This document shows positions 38,333 through 46,600 of a stretch of DNA of 64,000 nt, in pieces. How positions within the stretch are numbered: position 1 is the first letter of the stretch; each line of letters opens with the position of its first letter. The notes under the pieces were generated by a model, which did not search any database, was not told the DNA's origin, and was given only the letters and a program-made list of their open reading frames with translations. This stretch comes from Bacteroidota bacterium (GTDB lineage Bacteria > Bacteroidota > Ignavibacteria > UBA10030): assembly GCA_021813905.1 (NCBI GenBank), contig JAKAJH010000005.1, forward strand, positions 26,788 through 90,787, read 5' to 3'. The position numbers and the translations under genes were made by a program.

Positions 38333-39562
38333 ATGAAACGAATACTCTTCTCTTTCCTGGCGCTGGCAGCCGGGATCGTCTTGAGCGGGTGCGAGAAGTC
38401 CTCGGGCCCGACCGACACGACCTCCGTGCCGGACCAGACGGATGGACGGATCACGATCATCAACGATGAGACACGGTTAGCGGCACGCGTGACGGTGAGC
38501 GATGCAACCATCAGCATCGACACGACCCTGCGCAAGACCGGACGCACGGCCCGCTTCTCCATGAAGCTCACGGCAACGATCGCACCGCCGACCGTCGGCG
38601 GTCAGACCCTCCAGGCCACTTCGGTGGTGTTCGACGGTAACTACGCGTACGTCAGTTATAATATGCAGGGCAGTTCCGCGATCGGCGCGATCGACGTCAT
38701 CCAGATCAAGTCCGTCAAGAATGCGACGCTCCGCTCCGAGGCGACATTCACCGACACGGACGTCAGCTCCGTCTTCTACTCCAACAACACCATGTATCTC
38801 GCCGAGGCAACGAGCAATCCGGCCTACACCTCCCCCGCCGTCATCGAGGCGATTGCGATCAAGAGCGGCAAGCTCGACCTCACGAGCAACTTCCGCCGAA
38901 TGCTGAGCAGCTATGCGGCAACATCCGTGCGTGTCGCCAGCGGGAAGGTCTATGTCACCACCGGCAACAACGGCGGACTTTACACGCTTACCCAGAACGA
39001 TACGCTGACGGTCGAAGCATTCACGCCGCTCACCGATGCCCGATGGGTGGACGGCGACGCCACACACGTCGTGGTCGCGCAGGGCGGGAATCCCGGCCAG
39101 CTGGCGGTTCTCAATCCGGCCACGGGCGCGGTCATCAGCACATTCTCCGTGTCCGGCATGACGATCCCGGAATCCAAATCCACCGTGCGCGTGATCGGCG
39201 GGAAGGCCCTCGTCGCCGCGGGCGATGGCGGCATCCAACTGCTGGACCTCGCAAGCGGCACTGTGGTGGGCTCCATCCCGCGGACGACCGTTGCTGGTCT
39301 GGATCCATCGGTGACCGTGACGAACGCCGCAGACGCGACCGGTCCGTTCATCTACATCTCGAACGGTGAGGCCGGAGTCTACGTGGCTGAAGCATCACAG
39401 AATCTCGAGGACATGAGCGGCACCGCACTGATCAGCCTGAACGTGCTCGGGAAACTGCAGTTCTCGAACCTCCAGTCCGTCAACCATGTTGCGTATGACG
39501 GATCCACTCTTGCCGTCGCTGCGGGCTTGGGCGGAACGAAGTTCGTCACCGTCAGTTTCTGA
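38333..39562 (+). CDS. beta-propeller (LVIVD-like repeat) lipoprotein
   Basis: GGAGG RBS, lipobox LSGC; GNYAYVSY, KVYVTTG, ALVAAGDGG, YISNGEAGVYV repeats. Confidence 0.8.
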   Translation: MKRILFSFLALAAGIVLSGCEKSSGPTDTTSVPDQTDGRITIINDETRLAARVTVSDATISIDTTLRKTGRTARFSMKLTATIAPPTVGGQTLQATSVVFDGNYAYVSYNMQGSSAIGAIDVIQIKSVKNATLRSEATFTDTDVSSVFYSNNTMYLAEATSNPAYTSPAVIEAIAIKSGKLDLTSNFRRMLSSYAATSVRVASGKVYVTTGNNGGLYTLTQNDTLTVEAFTPLTDARWVDGDATHVVVAQGGNPGQLAVLNPATGAVISTFSVSGMTIPESKSTVRVIGGKALVAAGDGGIQLLDLASGTVVGSIPRTTVAGLDPSVTVTNAADATGPFIYISNGEAGVYVAEASQNLEDMSGTALISLNVLGKLQFSNLQSVNHVAYDGSTLAVAAGLGGTKFVTVSF

Positions 39563-39581
39563 ACCTACGCGCTTTCTCATC

Positions 39582-39607
39582 AAAAGCCCTCTTCGGAGGG
39601 CTTTTTT
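39582..39607 (+). terminator. rho-independent terminator
   Basis: AAAAGCCCTC-TTCG-GAGGGCTTTTTT. Confidence 0.85.
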
Positions 39608-39685
39608 GTTTCTTCCGCTCCGGAACCTCCACCGTGCCGCACGCTGTTGTGAATCAACACGGACGACACTGAAGGAGATCACGCG

Positions 39686-40336
39686 ATGAAGATGGGAATT
39701 CTCGGCACCGGCATGGTCGGCGCCACAATCGGCACAAAACTGGTTCAGCTTGGTCATGATGTAAAGATGGGCTCGCGGTCCGCGGGAAACGAGAAGGCGA
39801 CCGCGTGGGCCAAATCCGCCGGACCGAAGGCCTCGACCGGCACGTTCGGCGAAACAGCGGCATACGGAACCATCCTCTTCAACTGCACAAAGGGAGCGGC
39901 ATCGCTGGACGCCCTGCGCCTCGCCGGCGAGAACAACCTCAGCGGGAAGGTGCTCGTCGACATCTCTAATCCGCTCGATTTCTCCAAAGGCATGCCTCCC
40001 TCATTGCTGGTCTGCAACACCGATTCGCTCGCGGAGCAGATCCAGCGGGAGTTCCCCCGGACGCACGTGGTCAAGGCGCTCAACACGGTCAACTGCGATC
40101 TGATGGTGAATCCAGCCATGGTTGGCGGCGGGAACCACGATCTGTTCATCTGCGGCAACGACGCCGAAGCGAAGAAGACCGTGACCGGCATCCTCCGCGA
40201 CGGGTTCGGGTGGAAGTCGGTCATCGATCTCGGCGACATCACTGGCGCCCGCACGATCGAGATGCTCCTGCCGCTCTGGGTCCGGCTGATGGGACTGTAT
40301 CAGTCGCCGAATTTCAACTTCCGGGTCGTCCGGTAA
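39686..40336 (+). CDS. NADPH-dependent F420 reductase-like oxidoreductase (F420_oxidored family)
   Basis: GILGTGMVG, GSR, VDISNP, VVKALNT, ICGND, IDLG. Confidence 0.88.
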   Translation: MKMGILGTGMVGATIGTKLVQLGHDVKMGSRSAGNEKATAWAKSAGPKASTGTFGETAAYGTILFNCTKGAASLDALRLAGENNLSGKVLVDISNPLDFSKGMPPSLLVCNTDSLAEQIQREFPRTHVVKALNTVNCDLMVNPAMVGGGNHDLFICGNDAEAKKTVTGILRDGFGWKSVIDLGDITGARTIEMLLPLWVRLMGLYQSPNFNFRVVR

Positions 40337-40468
40337 CCGGCAGGCGTCCGACCGCCCGCTCGTCGTTTTACCCCGCCGGATGTCGATACGCTCTTGGTTT
40401 TCCAGAGGGTCTTCCGTACGTTTGGAAAGCACCCGCGTTTCTTTCCTTTCAGATCGGAGACCCGAGTC

Positions 40469-42685
40469 ATGAGCATTCAAAAGCGGCTGACAGCTGCGGT
40501 CCTGTTCCTCTGCATCGTCGTCCCCGTTTCCGCGCAGGAGCATCAGCGCCTGAGCCTTGAAACGATGCACGACCCCACCCTGTACGAGGCATTTTCCGTG
40601 CCCCGTGTCTGGTGGCTGGAAGACAATTCGGCGGTCATGTACGACACCCGCCTTCCGGATTCCGTCCGCACGCTCGAACGGCTTGACCCGGTCACCGGCA
40701 AGCGGACGCCCTTCGTGGACCGTGAGAAAGCCGCGGCGAGCTTCCGGGCCCTGTTCACCAACGGCAATCCGCCCCGCTTCAATCCTGTCCCCCAGGCGAT
40801 CTCGTCCGACGGACGCTACGGCTTGTACCTGATCAACGGCGATATCTTTGTCCTCTCCTTCCCGACCGCGACGTTCAAACGTCTCACCAACACGCCGGAA
40901 AAGGAAAAATCCGCGCTTTTCTCACCCGACGGAACAAAGATCGCCTTCGTACGCGGGACCGATCTCTATGTCGTCGACATCGCCTCCGGCACGGAGCAGC
41001 GCCTGACGACTGACGGCACCGAGACGCGACTGAACGGCACACTCTCATGGGTCTACTGGGAGGAGATCTTCGGCCGCCGGGACATTGGCTACTGGTGGTC
41101 GCCCGACTCGAAGGCCATCGCCTATTTGCAGTCGGATGAGTCGCAGGTCAGCGTGCAGCACTACGTGGACATCTCCCCCTGGACGCCGACCGTCACGACG
41201 CAGCGCTATCCGAAGGTTGGCGAGAAGAATCCCGACGTGCGCGTCGGTATCGTTGAGCTCGGCTCGGCAAAGACTACATGGGCGGACATCGCCCCGTCAT
41301 CGTACGAATACGTCATCCGCGTCGACTGGCTCCCGGACAACAAGAGCGTCTGCGTGCGCACGCTGAACCGCCTCCAGACCGACCTCGCATTCCGCTTCGT
41401 GGACCGCGCTACCGGCGCCTCCCGCCTGATCACCACCGATTCGGATTCGGGGTGGGTGAACATGAGCGACGACCTGTATTTCCTGAATGACGGCAAGCAT
41501 TTCGTGATGTGGTCCGAGCGCGACGGATACGGTCATCTCTACCGCTTCCGCATGGACGGAACGCTGGAGAACCAGATCACCAAAGGCCCGTGGGGCACGT
41601 GCTCCGTCGGTGGAGGGGCCTATTGGACTTCGCAGGTCGTGGCCGGTATTGACGAGAAGAATGACTGGATCTACTTTGCAGCACGCGAGAAGTCGCCGAT
41701 CGAGAAGCAATTGTACCGCATTCACCTGAACGGGAACGGGATGCAGCGCCTGACGAAGGAGGACGGGACGCATTCGATCACGATGAGTCCGAACGCCCGG
41801 TACTACTTCGACCGCTTTTCCTCCGTCACCACGCCTCCCTCACTAGCCCTGTACGCGGCCTCTGGCAAGCGCATGCAAACACTGGCCGAGCCGCGCTGGG
41901 GCGGATACAAGACCTACGACGTGCAGACGCCCGAGCTGATGTGGGTGCCGGCGCGGGATGGCTTCCAGCTTCCGGCCTCGCTCACCAAGCCGCACGATTT
42001 CGATCCGTCGAAGAAATATCCGGTGATCGTGGAAGTGTACGGCGGCCCCTCCGCGCCGACCGTGGCAAATTCCTTCTCGTACTCGGCGATCTCGGAGAAT
42101 GTGCTGGCGAATGAGGGATATCTCACGTTCAAGGTGGACAACCGCGCCTCCACCGGCATCAGCAAGAAGCTTGAGAACCTGCTGCTGTACCGGGCGCTGG
42201 GCGAGGTTGAGCTGAACGACCTCGTCGATGCGGTCCGCTGGCTCAAGAAGCAGCCGTTCATCGATTCGACCCGTTTCGGCATCACCGGATGGAGCGGCGG
42301 CGGGTCGAACACCCTGTTAGGCATGACCCGGTCGACAGAATTCAAGGCGGGCGTTGACGGGGCCGGCGTGACTGATTTTCGGTTCTACGACTCCAAGTGG
42401 GGGGAAGCAATGATGAAGACGGAGAAGGAGAATCTCAAAGGCTATGAGGAATACTCGCTGCTGCGCTACGCGAAGGACCTGCACGGAAAGCTGATGATCA
42501 TTCACGGAACGCACGACGACAACGTGCACATCCAGAATTCGTGGCGATTCATCAACGAGCTGATCAAGGCCGACAAGCTGTTCGAGCTGATGATCTATCC
42601 GATGCGCAAGCACGGCGTCGGCGATCCGGCTGGCGCGGAGCATCTGAACCACGTAATGCTCGATTTCTGGAAACGCAATCTCTGA
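40469..42685 (+). CDS. S9B dipeptidyl peptidase IV family protein
   Basis: WVYWEE, YPKVG, YGGP, GWSGGG, HGTHDDNV, YPMRKH. Confidence 0.93.
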   Translation: MSIQKRLTAAVLFLCIVVPVSAQEHQRLSLETMHDPTLYEAFSVPRVWWLEDNSAVMYDTRLPDSVRTLERLDPVTGKRTPFVDREKAAASFRALFTNGNPPRFNPVPQAISSDGRYGLYLINGDIFVLSFPTATFKRLTNTPEKEKSALFSPDGTKIAFVRGTDLYVVDIASGTEQRLTTDGTETRLNGTLSWVYWEEIFGRRDIGYWWSPDSKAIAYLQSDESQVSVQHYVDISPWTPTVTTQRYPKVGEKNPDVRVGIVELGSAKTTWADIAPSSYEYVIRVDWLPDNKSVCVRTLNRLQTDLAFRFVDRATGASRLITTDSDSGWVNMSDDLYFLNDGKHFVMWSERDGYGHLYRFRMDGTLENQITKGPWGTCSVGGGAYWTSQVVAGIDEKNDWIYFAAREKSPIEKQLYRIHLNGNGMQRLTKEDGTHSITMSPNARYYFDRFSSVTTPPSLALYAASGKRMQTLAEPRWGGYKTYDVQTPELMWVPARDGFQLPASLTKPHDFDPSKKYPVIVEVYGGPSAPTVANSFSYSAISENVLANEGYLTFKVDNRASTGISKKLENLLLYRALGEVELNDLVDAVRWLKKQPFIDSTRFGITGWSGGGSNTLLGMTRSTEFKAGVDGAGVTDFRFYDSKWGEAMMKTEKENLKGYEEYSLLRYAKDLHGKLMIIHGTHDDNVHIQNSWRFINELIKADKLFELMIYPMRKHGVGDPAGAEHLNHVMLDFWKRNL

Positions 42686-42720
42686 TGATCCCTGAACGAG
42701 TGGAGAGAGGATAGATCCCC

Positions 42721-43533
42721 ATGAAGATCCGCGCGGTGCTGTGTCTGTTTCTGCTTGCCACGATTGCCCCGACATTCGCCCAACACGCCAAACGCACTCC
42801 CGTGAAGCCCGTCACCGTATCCGTCCGAACGACGAAGGTAACGCACGGAAAGCCGGTCACGGTCGCGATCCGACTAGCCATTCGTACCGGCTGGCACATC
42901 TTCTGGAAGAGCGCCGGCGACGGCGGCGCACCGACGACCGTTCGCCTCACGGCACCGTCCGGATGGAAGGTGGGCGACCTTCGGTTCCCCGTACCGGAGA
43001 AGGTTGTCGACAGCAGTCGTGTCGAGTTCCGCTACACACGCGAAGCCACGGTGCTTTGCGAGTTGATCCCGTCCGATTCGGCCAAGCTTCCGCTAACGCT
43101 CACGGTGGCGGCCGAATGGCTGGCGTGCGGAAAGGATACGCTCCCCGGAAAGGTCACGATCAACACCCGGGCGGGCCGATCGCTGCTCACTCCGCGTGAG
43201 CTGGATCGCGCACGAAAGCAACTTCCCGACCTCTATCCCGGACGTTACGCGCTCAACCAGATCATTCCGGAGATCCCGATGCAGGCAGGTCCCGTGATGA
43301 TAATCTTCCCGATCGACGGACGTGACGCCGGCGACGTGACAGACATTTACGTTGAGCCGATCCCGGGTTACCCCATCGTGTACGGAAAGGTTTCCGTGTT
43401 CAACGCAGTGGCGCAGATTCCCGTGATCCGCTCGTCGGCATCCGGGCTTCCTTCGGGGCTGCGCGGGATCATGATCGTGGGGGACCGGAAACATGCGCTC
43501 GAATTCAACGCCGAGCACGTCGTCCCGCAATGA
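42721..43533 (+). CDS. DsbD N-terminal (Ig-like) domain protein, periplasmic
   Basis: GWHIFWKSAGDGGAPT, FPVP, WLAC..; second active-site Cys appears absent. Confidence 0.75.
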   Translation: MKIRAVLCLFLLATIAPTFAQHAKRTPVKPVTVSVRTTKVTHGKPVTVAIRLAIRTGWHIFWKSAGDGGAPTTVRLTAPSGWKVGDLRFPVPEKVVDSSRVEFRYTREATVLCELIPSDSAKLPLTLTVAAEWLACGKDTLPGKVTINTRAGRSLLTPRELDRARKQLPDLYPGRYALNQIIPEIPMQAGPVMIIFPIDGRDAGDVTDIYVEPIPGYPIVYGKVSVFNAVAQIPVIRSSASGLPSGLRGIMIVGDRKHALEFNAEHVVPQ

Positions 43534-43619
43534 TCGGACCCCATCGATCACTCGGCGTGTGCGAGCTTGTGAGGACTTGAGAGAGGGGTTTGAAGTGATG
43601 TGATCCGGCGAAGACCGGG

Positions 43620-46600
43620 TCAGCCGTTCTCGCCCGTGAGGCGGGCGATCTGCAGAAGATGATACCGCAGCAGGTCCTGGCGTTCCGGCGTCAGGGCCTG
43701 CTCTTCGATCGCCGCGAGCCGCTCGACATCGTTCATCGCCCGGACGATCGTCACCGGCACTTCGACGCTTCCTTCCGACGCTGCCGACAGATACTCCACC
43801 GCCGCCGCAAGAAACTGACGCATCTCGTCTTCCGTGCTCGACACGCGGAAGAAGTGCGTCAGCGCCGTCGGCACGCGGAGCGGCCGCAGCGCGGCACCGG
43901 AGGCATCCGCCGGACGCGCCGAGGCGAGCGTATACAGGGCGCCTGCCAGCTCGACAAAACTCTGCACCCGCTGGAACACCGGATCGCGCAGCAACTCCCA
44001 CGCCCGCGACCGCCACTGCCGGATCGCTCCGGGAATGCCCAGCAGCCGGCTCACCTCCGCTTTCCATGCCGCCGGAACGGAACCTTTCACCGGCGCGAGC
44101 ATCGCATCCATCTCTCCGTTGAACAGGTCGCGCTGGAACAGCACCGCAAGATCGGGACGCACGGCAGGAAGCAGGTTCTGTACGAACCCGTTCTCGTCGA
44201 AGAATTCCTCCACGTCCAGCCCGTGGCGCCGGAGCAGCTCCTGCTGGAAGAGCGGCACATACTGCGCGATGGCATCGTTGTCCTCCCGTAATGCGAGGAA
44301 TGCGAACGAGCCCGCCGGGAACGCCGTTTCCATCTGCCGCACGTGCGTGAGGCCCGGATCGTGGTACAGGCGCAGCGTATGCAGGATCTCGTACACCGGC
44401 AGCTGCGGCAGCACCCGGTCCGCGAGCAGCGTCACCGCATCCCCTTCCGCGAATTCCCGCTGCGCGAAGAGATCGAGCGCGCGGAACACCCCGGTCGTAA
44501 GCTGATTGACACCGAGCAGCATCGTCTGCGCCTGATTGTGGGCGATCGCCCGGAGCAGGCTGCCGTACCGCGACAGCGGGATGGTGCGGGCGATATGCTC
44601 GAGGATCTGCTGTCCCCGGTCGGCCGATCGCTCTCCGCCGGGCCGGACGGTCGGACGGTCCCGCAGCTGCGGCATCGTGCGGGCGATGAAGTACGAGATC
44701 ACGTGAATGCCCACGAGGTCCGCTTCGCGTCCGTACAGGATGGTGCGGAAGTTTTCGGTGGCCGACGTGAGAAATTCCTCGTACAGCGACTCCCGTGTGC
44801 CGAGGGTGAGCCGCTCCATTTCCTGGGCGCCGCGGGTCTTCTTCTGCAGCCGGCTGTCGGTCAGCGTTTCCGCTGCGCGCACCAGGTCGCCCCGGTGGGT
44901 CCGCTGCGCGACGGATACATGATGCAGCACGTCGGCCCGCTCTCCGGTGGACAGCAGCCGCAGCTGCTCCGAGAGCGCACTCTGGAATGTCCGCAGGTCT
45001 CCGCCGGTGAACAATCCCATGAGCGGCGTGGTCGCGTACCGCGCGCTGGTGATCGCCGAGGCCGGAAGCGACGTCGAAAGCCGCTTCACCGCGTCCGACG
45101 TCACAGAAAATGCCCGCTCGCCGGCGTGCGCCGCGTAGTACCCGCCCTGGCGCTGCATCGGCTCGCCGCTGCCCATCTTGATCCGCACGCGGTCGGCCAG
45201 TCCGTGATTCGCCAGCCACAGCATCAGCGCGTGCTTGGCCTGACGATACAGCGCCGCCCCGGCCGGCTGCCCTACCTGCTGGCTCAGATCCGATCCGGCG
45301 ATGAACACCTCCGACACGATCTCTGCAAACCGGTCCGCGGTCTCCTGATGCACGCGACGTCCCTGGCGCGCGTGATCCCACACTTTGTCCAGATAGCCGG
45401 TGATCCCCTGCACCGAGTCCATTTCCTCGAACAGCGGAATAAGCCAGATCGGCGGCAGATCGGCATCCGGTGCACGACGCAGCACCTCCTCGCGCCGCGC
45501 CTGCATCTTGCGGTCAAGCGTGATGAGCGCCTCGGCCTTCGTGGCCATGCTCACCTGCAGGCCAAGCACGAGGCCGGGATTGCCGTACGCACCGGCGATC
45601 TCGTTGATCTCGTGAATGTTGAAGACGGTCGTGTCGACGGCGAACGGATCCTGCGCCGTGATCATCTTCTGATGAATGCGCGGGGTGATCACCATCCGCT
45701 GCAGCAGGTCGCGGTACATCGCCGCGTCGGTCAGCAGGCGGTCGTTGCCGCGATTCTCCCGGATGGCCGGGATGAGCGCATGCAGCTGCTTGCGCAGCTG
45801 TTTGTTCAGCGCAAAGTAGTGCTGCAGAGCATCACGACGCTGCCGGCGCAGATCCAGCATGCGGCGCTCCAGCCGGTCATTGTGCCGCCACAGCCGGGTA
45901 AGCGGATCGCGCGCCACATGCACCGCCATGCCCAGCCGTCGCCATGCGCCCGGCGTGACATGGATCGGCAGGACGCCGCGGTAGCGTCGCTCGAGCTGAT
46001 GCGTGAGCCGGGTGATCTCTCCCAGCACTTCCGCGAACCGCCGGTTGGCCTGCGGCAGCGACTCCAGCGCCGCGAGCAATCCCGGATCGACGCGGACGCC
46101 GCCATCGCCCCGCCGCAGCAGCGACAGGATGCGCGACAGGCGATTGACGTTCTCCATGACCGCAGCCGCCGCCAGGCGGTGTCCCTGCCCGGACGGACGA
46201 TTGCTGCCGTCCCAATCCCCCCAGAACGACAGGAATGTCGACGGGCCGGTGCCCGCCCGCAGCTCTGCGCTGATTTCGGCATCGATGTGCGCGTCCAGAT
46301 CCAGCACGAGTTCCACTCCCTCCTGCTCGGAGGTAATCGCCACGGAGCGTCCCAGATACTCCTCGATCAGCTGACTTGCGGCCGCCGTGCACATCGTATC
46401 ATCGATCCGCTCACCGCGAAGAATCGTCGTGATGATCCGGTCGAACGCCTGCTCCGCGCGAATGGAGTACATCTGGGTCGGATGGACGGTGCGGTCGAAC
46501 AGCCGGGTGCTGAATGTGTCCCGCCGCCGGTCCAGAGAATCCTTGTAGAGCTCCCGCTCGAGCATCTCACCGAGCGATCGCCCCGCATCGGCCCGCGCAG

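Noticed and set aside
39686-40336. Evidence for F420 metabolism
   Set aside because: This family is widespread in organisms lacking F420, and no F420 biosynthesis genes are present here
43093-45381. 762-aa alternative-frame ORF and other long overlapping ORFs (e.g. 51384-53405, 53513-55339, 11475-13127, 49232-50458)
   Set aside because: Low-complexity Arg/Gly/Ala translations overlapping genes that have clear family motifs
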